Shown in pieces: positions 1-19,422 of a stretch of 64,000 nt of DNA. Numbering within the stretch: the first letter of the stretch is position 1; every line of letters begins with the position of its first letter. Position numbers and translations under genes: made by a program. The notes under the pieces were generated by a model. The model saw only the letters and a list, made by a program, of their open reading frames with translations. It was not told the DNA's origin and made no database searches. The stretch is taken from assembly GCF_009914755.1 (NCBI RefSeq), contig NC_060930.1. One strand, given 5' to 3'. The DNA comes from the human T2T-CHM13v2.0 reference genome, Homo sapiens.

Positions 1-540
1 ATTATAAAGTTTACTGTATACTTACCATATGACCCATCAATTCAACTCCTAGGTATTTGTATTTACCTGAGATGAAAATGAATGCTCACAAAAAACATTC
101 ATAGCAGCTTCATTCATAATTGCCAGAAACTGGAAACAACTCAGTGTCTTTTCACTGGTGAATAATAAACCAACTGTACTAACCATACTACTCAGCAATA
201 AAAAGGAACTATTAAAAGATGCAAAAACAAATGGATCTCAAATGCATTATGCTAAGTAGAATAAGCCAGACTCAAAAGGTTACATATGACTAAACGTATA
301 TGACATTCTGGAAAGGCCAAAACTACAGAGAAAGAAAACAGATCCGTGGTTGCCAGAGGGTTGTAGGAGAAGGGTTGACTCAAGAGATACATAAGGTAAC
401 GTTTTGGGGTGATGAAAATGTCTGATCAATATTTGATTGTAGAAGTGGTTATATACATAATAATATGTTTTGTTAAAGCTCAAATACTCTAAAACAATGA
501 AAAATTGTAGTATGTGTAATTTATACGTCATTTAAAAAAA
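1..540 (+). mobile_element. Old L1M 3' end
   Basis: GACCCATCAATTCAACTCCTAGGTATT…AACTGGAAACAAC…CCGTGGTTGCCAGAGG typical of L1MC-ME 3' ends, ending in A-run. Confidence 0.85.
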
Positions 541-1103
541 AGAATCACATTTCTTGAGATACACGCACATATCTAATACATAAAACACTCACTTAGGTCT
601 AAAATAATGTTTATATACCCTAAATGAAAAAAATATAACCCATAGCTGTTGTTTTCCCAAAGAACAATATTAAATCAAAACTACTGGCCGGGTGCAGTGG
701 CTCACGCCTGTAATCCTAACACTTTGGGAGGCCGGGGTGGGCGCATCACGAGGTCAAGAGATCATCAAGACCATCCTGGCCAACACAGTGAAACCCGTCT
801 CTACTAAAAATACAAAAAATTAGCTGGGCGTGGTGGCATGTGCCTGTACTCCCAGCTACTTGGGAGGCTAAGGCAGGAGAATCGCTTGAAACCAGGAGAC
901 GGAGGTTGCAGTGTGGTCCGAGATTGTGCCACCGCACTCCAGCCTGGGCGACAGAGCCAAGACTCCATCTCGAAAAAATATAAATAAAAGAAAAATAAAA
1001 AATAAATCAAAACTATTTTTTTGAGCACAAAGTAATTTATTATCCAGTTAAAGTGTAAAAAAAAAGAAAAAAAAAGATCATCAACCCTTCTATTGGAACC
1101 TAC

Positions 1104-1232
1104 CTGATAAGGTGTATTTCGTAGTTTAGACTGTCTTACAGCAGCTGCTGCCCCACCGTATGTTGTTTTTCCAGGATAAAAAGGAGAATCTCCAAGCTGA
1201 CTGGTTTTAAGGATTGAAGAATTCCCAAGTGA
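1104..1232 (-). CDS. NUP153: NUP153 coding exon 5 ([43 protein letters not shown])
   Basis: Acceptor ttctgtttctgtgcag, donor CAG|GTAGGT; 129 nt; contains the conserved [13 protein letters not shown] motif of Nup153. Gene continues off the left edge. Confidence 0.97.
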
Positions 1233-1428
1233 CTGCACAGAAACAGAATGATAAATTATAAGCCATATGAACCCAGGAGGTGGAGGTTGCAGTGAGTTAA
1301 GATCATGCTGCTACACACTCAAGCCTGGGCAACAGCAAAAGACTCTTGTCTCAGAAAAAAAAAAAAAAAATTATAAGCAATAAACACTCAAAACTAATGT
1401 GATTAAATCCAACCCAGTTAGTACTCAC

Positions 1429-1568
1429 AGGGGAAAGTGTTCCAAAGGCAGACAAGTTGAATGCTGGTTTTTTTGAGCTGGTGGCAGTGTGCTGTGAGAG
1501 TGAGTGAGAACGTTCAGCTTCTGGGGACCACAGAGGTGGCAATGAAGTGTTCTTTGAAACAGTTATAT
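1429..1568 (-). CDS. NUP153: NUP153 coding exon 4 (DITVSKNTSLPPLWSPEAERSHS...FNLSAFGTLSP)
   Basis: Acceptor tttgtttcag, donor CCT|GTGAGT; 140 nt, phase 1-0. Confidence 0.97.
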
Positions 1569-1721
1569 CTGAAACAAAATTACATAATCCATAGTAATAA
1601 CACCAATACAAGAGCCTAGATTTTTATAAATAGAAAATAAAAATTACAACCAAGTCAGAAAAAAAACCCATAAAATTTAATGTTACTACCCAAATTATGT
1701 ACTACCACATGTCAAGAATAC

Positions 1722-1970
1722 CTTTATCAGAAGCTCTTGAAGAAAAACCACTGGTAGTTGAGATGTTATCATCATCATGCTGAGAGGTAGAATCTTTAAT
1801 TTCCTTTACAAGGGAAAATCCCGAACTGCCAATTGGGAATGCCGAGGATGTAGATGGCTGACAGTGTAATGCAGGGGATTCCAACATGGAAAAATTCAGA
1901 TGGCTCCGATGAAGAGAAGGCCTTGTTAACACATCTGGATAATTTGAAGCAGTACTAGTTGTTGAAGGTT
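1722..1970 (-). CDS. NUP153: NUP153 coding exon 3 (EPSTTSTASNYPDVLTRPSLHRSHLNF...SSRASDK)
   Basis: Acceptor ttttcttttaag, donor AAG|GTATTC; 249 nt, phase 1-1, open in frame with exon 2. Confidence 0.97.
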
Positions 1971-2289
1971 CTTAAAAGAAAAGCATTAATATTATGAATA
2001 TACAACTTAGAGCGATACACTACCACAAATGGTTTTTACTTTAAGAAAACACATTACAGTATATAATAGCTTCAATTCAAATCACTGGGGCATCCCATAA
2101 TAAGCCCAATATAACATACTCCTAGGCAAAACAAAGTTTCAACTAACTAAAATTAATTTAAATAAGAGCTAATTTTTTTAAACCAGTAAGAGTGATGTGA
2201 TACGATACAACAGTTGAAATACAACTATTTTTTGCCAGTTGATTAAACCCATTCACTTTTTTGATGGTGTATTTTGTAATACAGAAAGT

Positions 2290-4850
<2,561 letters not shown>

Positions 4851-4985
4851 TAAAAAATTGTCTTGGCTGGACACAGTGGCTCACGCCTGTAGTCCCAACA
4901 CTTTAGGAGGCCAAGGCAGGAGGATTACTTGAGCCCAGGAGTTCGAGACCAGCCTGGGCAACATACTGAGACTTCATCTCTACTA

Positions 4986-5144
<159 letters not shown>

Positions 5145-5249
5145 TCATTTAAAAAAAAAAAAAAATAAGTCTTAACAAATATTTTACAGCTTAAGCAATA
5201 CAAAACAATTCTGGATTATTTAGTTCCAAAGTACTATAACAAAAAAAGC

Positions 5250-7515
5250 CAGCTGCAGATAAAAACACTCAACAAACTAAGACTAGAACGAAACTACAAC
5301 ATAATAAAGTAAAAAAACATGTTTGCAGATGATATAATCTTACATGTAAATAACAGTGAAGATTCAGCCAAAAGCTGTTAGAGCAAATTTAGCCAAGTAC
5401 CAGGATACAAAAATCAACACAAAAAAATGTGTTTCTAGGCACTAATAATGAACAATCTGAAAAGTAAGAAAACAATTTCATTTATAATAGCATCAAAAAG
5501 AATAAAATATTTAGGAATGAACCAAGGTAAAAGATGTGCACATGGAAACTACAAAACAGTACCGAAAGAAAGAAAACAGAAATGGAAAAATATCCCACGT
5601 ACATGGACTACAAGACTAAATATTGTTGGGATGTCAATACTATTCTAAGCAATCTACAGATTCAATATAACCTCTATGTAAATCCCAAAGACATTTTTGC
5701 AGAAATAGAAAACCCATCCTAAAATTCATATGGAATCTCAAGGAACCTCAAAATGCCAAAATAATCTTTAAAAACAACAAAAAAGTTGGAGGTCTCAAGC
5801 TTTCTGATTTTAAAACTTAATACAGAAGTACAGTAATGAAAACAATGTGGCACTGGTGAGAGAGAACAGGAGGTGGGAGGTAGTTTCTCCTTCACATATG
5901 TATTTTTTTCTTCTCTTCACAAAATCCACAAGACTACCTCGCTGATGTTACACATGCTAACCCTGAGGCTTTAGTCACAAAAAGAAAACAGCCATTCTTC
6001 GGTGCTCTCATAATAGGTAACCATACCTTTTAAAGAATTCCAGGAATTGCTCTTAGGAGATCCAAAATCAAACCAAGGTTGCAGACAGTCCACCTCAGGA
6101 AGGAATGCGAAATAACTGATTTACAGCATTGTTGCCACCGGCCAGACCACTACTCAAGGTAATCATCGCAACCAGATATGCTGCCTTGCGTACCCTACCC
6201 TGCAGGTGCTTTGCCCAGCCCAGCCTGCATACCTTACCCCATGTCAATTCCTGCGCTTTGCCTAATAAAAAAAATTCCTACTGGCTTTTTCCGGGAAGCC
6301 AGGAAGAGGATCCTTGAGCCTCACCTCCACTGTTTCCCTTGCGCTCAAGCACAAGCCCTGAAATAAAAGTCCTGTCTGGGAAATCTGCTTGGGTCCGTGT
6401 TAATTTCCATTACATGGGAAACCAAAGAGCCTGTGGTCTGTAATACTGTAATAAAGACAGGCAATACAGACCATGGACGTGAACACAGGGCCCAGAAATA
6501 AACTACCATATATGATCAAACGATCTTCAACAAGGATTTCAAGACCACTCAATGGGAAAAGGACAGTCTCTTCATTAAATGGTTTTGGAAAACTGGATAT
6601 CCACATGAAAAAGAATGAACCCTTATCTTGAACCATATACAAAAATTAACTCTAAATGGATTAAAGACCAAAGTATAACACCCAAAACTATAAAACTTAT
6701 AGAAGAAAACAGAATTTCAGGACATGAGATTTGACAATGATTTATCAGATACAACACTAAAAGCACAGGCCATGGAAGCAAAAACAGACAAACAGGACTA
6801 CATGAAATGTAAAAACTTTTATGCATCAAAGAATGTAATCAACAGAGTAAAAGGTCAACCTACAGGATGGGAGAAAATATCCACAAATTATATATGTGAT
6901 AAGGGATTAATATCCAGAACATAAAAAGTACTCCAACCCCCAGTGAAAATGGCTTTTATCAAAAAGGCAATAATGGATGCTGGTGAGGATGTAGAGAAAG
7001 GAGAATCCTTGTACACTGTTGTTGGTGGGAATTATCAATTAGTACAGCCATCATGGAGAACATCATTGAGGTTTCTCACAAAAACTAAAAGTAGAACCAC
7101 AATATGATCCAACAATCCCACTGCTGGGTATATATCCAAGTTAAAGGAAACTAGTATATCAAAGAGATAATCTGCACTCGCAGCACTATTCACAATAGCC
7201 AAGATACGGAATTGACCTAAGTATCCATCCACAAATGAATGGACAAAGAAACTGTGCTACATATACACAATGGAGTATTATTCAGCCATTAAAAAAAAAG
7301 AATTAAATCTTGTCATTTGCAACAATATAGATGGAACTGCAGAACATCACATTAAGTGAAATACACCAGGCACAAAAAGACAACTATCACATGTTCTCAA
7401 ATGTGACAGCTTTAAAAAAAAAAAACGGACTCAAAAGAACTCATGGAAACAGAATAGAATGACGAATACCAGTGGGCAACTCATGGAGACAGAGAATAGA
7501 ATGATGGTTACCAGA
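5250..7515 (+). mobile_element. Old L1 (L1M) ORF2 3' region and 3' UTR pieces
   Basis: Decayed ORF2 peptides (IASKRIKYLGMN, KNFYASKNVINRVKGQPTGWEKI) and L1MA-type 3' UTR. Confidence 0.9.
5857..6445 (+). mobile_element. ERV1 (MER4-group, MER34/MER39-like) solo LTR inserted in L1
   Basis: Interrupts contiguous L1 ORF2 sequence (GTGGCACTGG | ..AATAAAGACAG); TG start, AATAAA at 6362, TSD-like CTGG/CTGT; subfamily uncertain. Confidence 0.7.
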
Positions 7516-7600
7516 AGGCGGCTCATGCCTGTAATCCTAGCACTTTGGGAGGCCGAGGTGGGCGGATCACGAGGTCAGGAGATCGAGACCATCCTGGCTA

Positions 7601-7907
<307 letters not shown>

Positions 7908-8321
7908 TTACATACACATAGGTTGAAATGTTTCCCAGGGTATCAAGTATTCCAATATTACTGTAGTATATTACACTATGAACATGCTTTTTACTTATCC
8001 CATTCTCTCATCCCTGCATCAGTTTCTCCTATAGGAGAAAAGTGATAGGATAATTTTCTAACTCTTGGCAGACATCAACTAAACCTAGTATATACAGAAA
8101 CCAAAGAGGAAAAAGAAATCCAACACAGGCCAGGTGTGGTGGCTCATCCCTATAATCCCAGCACTTTTAGGAGGCTGAGGCAGGAGGATCACTTAAGGCC
8201 AGGAGTTCAAGACCAGCCTGGGCAACACAGTGAGGCCTCACGTCTACTAAAAATTTTTAAAACATAGCTAGGCATGGCAGCACGCTCTTGTAGTCCCAGC
8301 TACCTGGGAGAGTGAGGAGGA

Positions 8322-11300
8322 GAATGTAAAGTGAGTCACACACGTTTTTGGTTTCCCAGTGCATACAAAAGTTATGTTTACACTACACTATAGCCTATTA
8401 AGTGTGCAACAGCATTATGACAATAAAAACAACATACCTACTTAAAAAAAAATTGCTAACAAATAACAATCTGCTGAGCCTTTAGAAAGTCATAATCTTT
8501 TAGGTGGTGTTAACAGGTCTTTGCCTCAATGTTGATGGCTACTGACTGATCAGGGTGATGAGTAGTGAAGGCTGGGTTGGTTGTAGCAATTTCTTAAAAT
8601 AAGACAACAATGAAGTTTGCCTCATCGACTGACTATTCCTTTAACGAAAGATTTCTCTGTGGCATGCAATGTTTTTGATAGCATTCTAACTGCAGAATTT
8701 TCAAAATGGGAGTCAATCCTCTCAAATTTCGCTGCTGCTTTATCAACTAAGTTTATGTAATATTCTAAATTATTCTGTAATCTTAAAAATGTGCACAGTA
8801 TCTTCACCAAGAGTAGATTCCATCTCACGAAACCACTTTTGCCAGGTGTGGTGGCTCACACCTGTAAGCCCAGCACTTCGGGAGGCTGAGGGGTGCAGAT
8901 CACTAGGTCAGGAGCTCGAGACCATCCTTGCCAACACGGTGAAACCCCATCTCTACTAAAAATACAAAAAATTAGCTGGGTGTGGTGGCACATGCCTGTA
9001 GTTCCAGCTACTCGGGAGACCGAGGCAGGAGAATTGCTTTATCGCAGGAGGCTGAAGTTGCAGTGGGCTGAGATTGTGCCACTGCACTCCAGAGTGGGTG
9101 ACAGAGCAAGACTGTCTCAAAAAAGAAGAAAAAAAAAAAAAACAACACTTTCTTTGCGCATCCACAAGAAGCAACTCCTCATCCATTCGAGTTTGAGCAT
9201 AAGATATTGCAGTAATTCAGTCACATCTTCATACTCCACTTCTAATTTTAGTTTTCTTTCTATTTCCACCACATTTGTAGTTCCTTCCTCCACTGAAGTC
9301 CTGAACCCCTCAAAGTTATCCATGGGGGCTGGAATCAACTTTCTCTAAACTCCTATTCATGTCAATATTTGGACCTCCTCCTGTAAATCACAAATGGTTT
9401 TTCTCCCCCAAATTAGCCTTGACTTGAAACTCAACAAATGTTCTTAATGTCATCTAGAATGGTGAACCTTTTCCAAAAGGTTTACAATTTACTTTACCCA
9501 GATCTATCTGAGGAATGACTATGATAGCTATAGCCATATGAAAGGTATTTCTTAAATAATGAGACTGGAAAGTCAAAATGCCTCCTTGATCCATGGGCTG
9601 CAGAATGGACATTGTATTATCAAGCATCAGAACAACATTAATCTCTATGCACATCTCATTAGAGCTCTTGGGTGACCAAATGCATTGTTAATGAGCAGTG
9701 TTGTTTTGCAAAGAATCTTTTTGTCCCCAAGCAAGAGGTCTCAACAACTGGCTTAAAATGTTCAGTAAACCATGCTGTAAATAGATGTGTTGTCATCCAG
9801 GTTTTGTTGTTTCAATTACACAGCACAGGCAGAGTAGATTTAGCATAATTCTTAGGAGCCCTAGGATCTTTGATATGGTAAATAAGCATTGGCTTCAACT
9901 TACAGTCACCAGTTGCATTAACCCCTAATAAGAGAGTTAGCCTATCCTTTGATGCCAGGCATTGATGTCTCTTCTCTGGCTATCAAAATCCTAGATGGTA
10001 ACTTCTTCCAACGGCGGGCCATGTTTCATCTGAAAATATGTTGTTTAGTGTAGTCATCTGATAGTTTAGATGTTTGTCCCTCCAAATCCTATGCTGAAAT
10101 TTGATCCTCAATGTTGGAAGTGGGGTCATGGGAAGTCTTTGGGTCATGGGGGCAGATTCCTCATGAATGGCTTGGTACCCTACCCAAGGTAGTGGGTTCA
10201 CATGATATTTGGTTGTTAAAATAGTCTGGGACCTCCTTACTCTTGCTCCCTTCTCCCTCCATGTGACTGATATGCCTGCTCCCACTCTGCCTTCTGCCAT
10301 GAGTAAAACCTTGAGACCACACTAAAAGCCAAGCAGATGCTGGTGCCATGCCCACACAGTTTGCAGAACCATGAGCCAAATAAGCCTCTTTTCTTTATAA
10401 ATTACCCAGTCTCAAGTATTCCTTTATAGAATGCAAAATGGACTAATAAACCACCTTCGTCAGTGCTCTTAGCTAAATCTTCTGGATAACTTATTGCAGC
10501 TCCTACATCAGCACTTGTTGCTTCACCTTGCCCTTTTATGTTACAGAGACAGATTCTTTCCCTAAACCTCATGAATAAATCTCTGCTGGCTTCCAGCTTT
10601 TCTCCTGCAGCTTTATCATCTCCCTCAGACTTCACAGAACTGAAGGGAGTTAGGGCTTGCTCTGGATTACACTTTGGCTTAAGGGAATTTTGTAGCTAGT
10701 TTGATCTTCTATCTAAACCAACTCAAACTTTCTACACATCAGCAACTGGCTGCTTTGCTTTCATATTATCCTTTGTGTGTTTACTAGAGCAGCACTTTTA
10801 ATTTCCATCAATAACTTTTCCTTTGCATTCACAAGTTGGCTAACTGGTGCAAGAGGCCTAGCTTCAGGCCTGTCTCAGCTGTCCACATGCCTTCCTCACT
10901 AAACTTACATACTTACAGCTTTTGGATAAAAGACGGGGAACTCTGATTTCCACTTGAACACTTAGAGGCCACTGTAAGGTTACTAATTAGCCTAATTTCA
11001 ATACTGTCAGAGAATAGGGAGGCCCAGAAAGAGGGAGAAAAGAGGGGAATAGCCAGTTGGTGGAGCAGCTGGAACACACACAACATTTACTGATTAAGTT
11101 CATCATCTTATATGGGTGTGGCTCGTGGCACCCCAAAACAATTACAATAGTAATACCAAAGAGCACTGATCACCATGATAGATACATAATTTAAAAGTTT
11201 GAAATACTGCAAGAATTACCAAAGTGACAGACATGTTAGCGTGTGCTGGTGGAAAAATGGCACTGATCAACTTTCTTGACATGGGATTGCCACAAACTCA

Positions 11301-11345
11301 ATTTGTAAAAAATGCAGTATGTGCAAAGTGCAATAAAATATGTAT
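8322..11345 (-). mobile_element. Tigger1 DNA transposon, near full length, interrupted by an Alu (8841-9142) and an MST LTR
   Basis: Minus-strand start resembles Tigger1 5' end (TTTTATTGCACTTTGCACATACTGCATTTTTTACAAATTG); decayed pogo-type transposase peptides e.g. [36 protein letters not shown]. Confidence 0.9.
10059..10449 (+). mobile_element. MaLR solo LTR (MST family)
   Basis: Typical MST start TGATAGTTTAGATGTTTGTCCCTCCAAA and end ATAAATTACCCAGTCTCAAGTATT…GGACTAATA; nested in Tigger1. Confidence 0.88.
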
Positions 11346-11439
11346 TTATAAAATTAATATTTAGTAAACAACTAAATTTATTTAGGACTGCCATATGTTA
11401 GCTTTCCAGAATCTGACACTACTTCAACAGCAGATATAT

Positions 11440-13215
<1,776 letters not shown>

Positions 13216-14176
13216 TAACAGAAAATCCTCCTTATACATTTAATAATATAATGAATAAAATCAGTTTGAGTTGACCTTGGCATAAATTCATCCTGCTATT
13301 TTCATGAAAATACAAATATACATAAACTGTACAGAGAATAAGAAACTCTCCATGTCTTTCACACCTAAATTCTTGAAGTTAGTTAATCCTTTCAAATATG
13401 CTCATTAGGATAGAAAAGATCATTTCTACAGCTATCTTAGAAGACAGTCGCTGTGGATATACTAGAACTCTCTAACCAAAAGGAAACAAATCTCATAACC
13501 AGGAAACAGAGGGGGGAAAACAGAAAAAGAAAAGCCAGAGTCCCTTTCACTGGCCAGAAAAGAAAATAACACAGAGGCAGTCAGCTTAGAGATCTACCAG
13601 ATAAAACCTCAAGATGGCTGCTGGTTATATATTTAAAAGCAATCTTGAAAAGTACAGACATTAAAACTTAAGTTACTCTAATAAAAGTAAGTGAACATTC
13701 AAAGAATACATCTAGTTGAACATTACTAAGAAAAATTAGGTTTGCCATTTCTCTAAAATAAAAACCATTCTTTCAGGGCCATTTCATTATCGCTATTTTT
13801 TACTATGGACAAATCAGGCAGGGAGATGTTACTAAGTACACCAAAATTAACAGGGCATACAACCAAATCAATTATTTATTTGAGACTTTAACATAGGGCT
13901 ACAAAAAGTTTTGTAATTATGTATTTCAAAACATGTAGTGAAAGAAAAAATGTATATACTGAAAGAAACATACACTGAGAGATAAATTGGGCTTCATCGA
14001 AATTTAAAACACGTGCTTTAAAGGATAGGCTTGGCTGGGCACGGTGGCTCACGCCTGTAATCTCAGCACTTTGGAAGGCTGAGGCGGATGGATCATGAGG
14101 TCAGGAGATCGAGACCATCCTGGCTAACACGGTGAAACCCCGTCTCTATAAAAAATACCAAAAAAAAAATTAGCTA

Positions 14177-14380
<204 letters not shown>

Positions 14381-14595
14381 TCAGAGCTTGCAGTCTTAAC
14401 TGATATAGTTTATCAACCTTCCTTAATAAATAAAACACTGATAAATAAAAAAGACATCCAATTTGAACCTGATTATCATCCTCTTCCCATATGGTTTATG
14501 TACCGCCTGATTAGATTTACCATAACTAGGTAGTGTCTTCAAAATTAGGGCATGAAAACCTATCATTCATGACAAAATATTCACATTTTACTTAC

Positions 14596-14818
14596 CTTCT
14601 GTATTACTGACTGCTGGCTCAGGTGTGATTCTCCCATCAGTAATATTAGAGCTCTCCTCATTGGCATATACCAGATGGTCCTCTTTATTTTCTGGCCAGC
14701 GTGGAACCTCGCTTGTGTCTGTTGAACAGCTGCATACATCTTCATTCTTGTTGAAGTATCTTTGTAGCCACCCTGGCACAATATTCTTAACAGATTCTGT
14801 AACCCTGCTAAGAATGCC
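14596..14818 (-). CDS. NUP153: NUP153 coding exon 2 (GILSRVTESVKNIVPGWLQRYF...PEPAVSNTE)
   Basis: Acceptor tttttctctcaacag at 14819, donor GAAG|GTAAGT; 223 nt, continues exon 1 frame; conserved Nup153 N-terminal VPGWLQRYF segment. Confidence 0.98.
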
Positions 14819-15754
14819 CTGTTGAGAGAAAAAACATATTATGACAGTTTTAGAAATTTATCTTTTTAAAATAAGTACCTACTCACTGAAAGCCAGGCCA
14901 AGCAAAACACAATGGTGTCCAACAAGTTTGCCAAAATTCAGTTACTACAGTTACTGCTAACATAATGGTTTTTACAAATTCTACAGATGTGAAATTCTTT
15001 CTTTCTTCTATATGCATACATAAGGCAATAATTGTCCCAAATGGCTGCATTATTCTAATCCTTAAAAAAACCCCAAAAGGCCATCAAATACTCAATGTCG
15101 ATTTTAGATTTATTAATATGTAATACATGTTTTAATCTCAGAGAAAAGGCATCCATTTTTTCCCAGTATGTTAAAACATAAACAATACTTTCAATAGCTT
15201 TCTCAAGCAATTATTTTACTGCACATGCTTTAAGATAAATAAAAATTCAGACAACTAGAAATACAAGAGTTAAAAAAAAAAATACAGGAACTAAAACAAT
15301 CTGGCCAAGCGAGGTGGTTCATGCCTGTAATCCTAGCACTTTGGGGGACTGAGGTGGGCAGATCACCTGAGGTCGGGAGTTCAAGACCAGCCTGACCAAC
15401 ATGGAGAAACCCCATCTCTACTAAAAATACAAAAAATTAGCAGGGCATGGTGGCGCATGCCTATAATCCCAGCTACTCAGGAGGCTGAGGCAGGAGAATC
15501 ACTTATATCCAGGAGACAGAGGTTACAGGGAGCCCAGACTGCACCATGGCACTCTAGCCCGGGCAACAAGGGCAAAACTCCATCTCAAAAAACAAAACAA
15601 AACAAATAAACAAACAAAAAAAAACAATCCAACAAAAATAAACTCAAGAAACAATCTAAAATCTTTTCTGATGTTGACATTTCACTACAGCAAATGTTGG
15701 CTGAAAATCTCAGTGATTAATTTTATTACGGTAACTTCTTTTTTTTTTTTTTGA

Positions 15755-16030
<276 letters not shown>

Positions 16031-17175
16031 TAACTTTTCAAAGAAGAAAGGGAAAGTAATGTGGTATAATAGCTTTCACTATTATTTTTATTGTAGTTTG
16101 GCTATGTGCTAGACACTATTCTAAGCAATTTATACATATTATTTAGTTTAATCCTCACCATAACTTTATGAACTAATATCCCCACCTTATGGATAAGACA
16201 AACAATGAAGTTAAATAACTTGCCCAAAGTAGAAACACAACTACCACAGTATATCTAAGACAGAGTAAAAGTATGGGCTTTGGGCTCATGCCTGTAATCT
16301 CAGCACTTTGGGAGGCTGAGGTAAGTGGATCACGAGGTCAGGAGATTGAGACCATCCTGGCTAACACAGTGAAACCGCGTCTCTACTAAAAATACAAAAA
16401 ATTAGCCAGGCGTGGTGGCGGGCGCATGTAGTCCCAGCTACTCGGGAGGCTGAGGCAGGAGAATGGCGTGAACCCGGGTGGCGTAGCTTGCAGTGAGCCG
16501 AATGTGCAGTAAAATAATTGCTTGAGAAAGCTTGCAGTGAGCCAAGATCTCCTGGGCGACAGAGCGAGACTCCGTCTCAAAAAAAAAAGTATGGGCTTTG
16601 GGATTGCCAGGACCTAGGGTAAAATTGGAGGACCTCCCTGTACTTTGATTTACTCTAGGTAAAATAACACTGCCTCCTATTATTTATAGTAATTATAATG
16701 AAAATCAAATGAAATAATGTGAAGGCATGTATCAATTTACAAGGTATAACAGAAACATACTGAAAACTTTTTTACTAACAAGGAAAAAAGCTGGCAATAA
16801 ACTGGGGTAAGGTAACCGATTTTAGGCAACAATTTATTTCACGAAGCAGATTTAGTAGGATTTCAAAGAAAGAGTCAAAGAAAGGAAAAAAATGACTCAG
16901 TAGGTACAGAAAACAATAAAATCAAGGCAGAATATATAAATCTACCTAGAAGGGAAACTCAAGACAGAGGCCTTAAAATATCCTGCCAACAAAAAAAATG
17001 GAAGACATTTCTGATACAGGCACTTGAATAGTAATTTCCTTACTATGTGAAAAGGTAGCCGGGCGTGGTGGCTCACGCCTGTAATCCCAGCACTTTGGGA
17101 GGCCGAGGTGGGTGGATCATGAGATCAGGAGTTCAAGACCAGCCTGACCAATATGATGAAACCCCGCCTCTCCTA

Positions 17176-17475
<300 letters not shown>

Positions 17476-19380
17476 CTAACTACTGAACAACACCAATTCA
17501 CTGTTCCCTTTTTCTTTGCTAATATTACACAGTATTAGTTACTATGGAAAGAAAGCCTATATACCTATATCCAATATTTAATATTTGTAAAAACACACCT
17601 AATACTAGTTACTTATCCCATTTCCATACTTCAAGACTTGAAAGTGTTTAAAAGCTATAATACAGTTTAAGACAGACTTAAGGCTGGGCGTGGTGGCTCA
17701 TGCCTGTAATCTCAGCACTTTGGGAGGCCGAGTCTGGTGGATCACTTGAGGCCAGGAGCTGGAGACCAGCCTGGCCAACATGGCAAAACCCCGTATCTAC
17801 TAAAAATACAAAAATTAGCCAGGCATGATGGTGCATGCCTGTAATCCCAGTTACTAGAGAGGCTGAGGCAGGAGAATCGCTTGAACGTGGGAGGCAGACG
17901 GGCCATTGCACTCCAGCCTGGGTGACACAGCGAGACTCCAGCTCAGAAAAACAAAAAAAGACTTAAAAACAAAGACATACTTGATATAGGTGACAGGCTA
18001 GCTAAAGCACTATAGCAAGAATTTTTTTTTTTCCAGAGACCTGTGTCATACCAGGTAGAGTGCAATGGCACGTGATCATGGCCCACTGCAGCCTCAAACT
18101 CCTGGGCTCTCATCTCAGCCTTCCAAGTAGCCAGGACTACAGGCCGACTACCACATCCAGCTATAGCAATTCTAGAATTTAATGTAGATTTAAAAATTTT
18201 TTGGGGGACTTCAAGTAAGGTGTTTAGCTACTAAACGTATCAGAGATTCCTGTGATCCCTATCCATCTGGAAGGCAAGTATAGAACAACTTTAAATTGGC
18301 TCCACCCTCACTCATAGATCCCTCATGTGGCAACATTAGGTATCTTCAAAAACAACTGGAAAACATAACTGGTCAAAGTGGATATAATAAAGCTCACTCA
18401 CTAAAATACATGAACTTAGATTACAGACCGATTTTCTATACTAAAATTTAACCAACTTAACTAGTCTCAGCCCAGAAGAGCTTAATAGAGGAACAGTGAG
18501 ACAGAGACATTACTAGTGGCACAGTGAATGACAGCATGAGGAGTAAAAAGGAATGCAGGCTATATTAGCTAGAACTGTGGCACAGGCCTGTAGTCTTAGC
18601 TACTTGGGAGGCTGAGACAGGAGAATCACTTGAGCCTAGGAATTCAAGGTTGCAGTCAGCTATGATTGTACCACTGCGCTCCTGCCTGGGTGACAGAGAC
18701 CCTGTTTCTAAAAACAAAAAGACAAAAAGAAAGGAGGGAGGATGGGAAGAAGGAAGGAAAATAATAAAATGGACCTGGAACCAGTATGAAGGAACAAACA
18801 TCCTTGTGTTTCAATACCCTAATATACCTTTGTAGGTTAAATGACCCTAAGTCATTAAGAAAAAGTTAAATTAAGCTTAATATAATTGAGTGGTCCTCAA
18901 AGTGTGATCCCTTTTTAGCAGTATTATCAGCATCATCCCAGGTCCTTCTCCAGCCCTTAGTAGGATAATCTCCAGAGGTAGGTCCCACCTGTTTTATCAA
19001 GCCCTCTGAAGTGATTCTAATATTGGAAATCAGATACATTTCAGGAAATTAAGATACATTTTAGAGAAGCCCCTCCAAAACAGATGAATAAAATTGTGCA
19101 TTCTTGAAAGGCTTAATCTTCAGTTATCTAGAAAAAATATACATGTGGAGCACTAGTCAGACAATATTTAAGATTATAATGAAAATATTCTAAAGTGAAT
19201 CAGGTAAACAAATCTTACAGACCATTTTAGACTGTGCTAAATACATACAGTTCATAAAATTATTTTCCTAGTGTTTCCCAAACTTTAGCCATGATTTTCA
19301 CCTGTACTGTTTTTCTCTGAATCCACTCACTTGGATTTAAAGTTTTTCTTTACTCACTTTTCTTAAAATTTAGCTTTTTC

Positions 19381-19383
<3 letters not shown>

Positions 19384-19420
<37 letters not shown>
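19384..19420 (+). repeat. (CA)n microsatellite
   Basis: Uninterrupted AC run of ~18 units. Confidence 0.97.
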
Positions 19421-19422
<2 letters not shown>

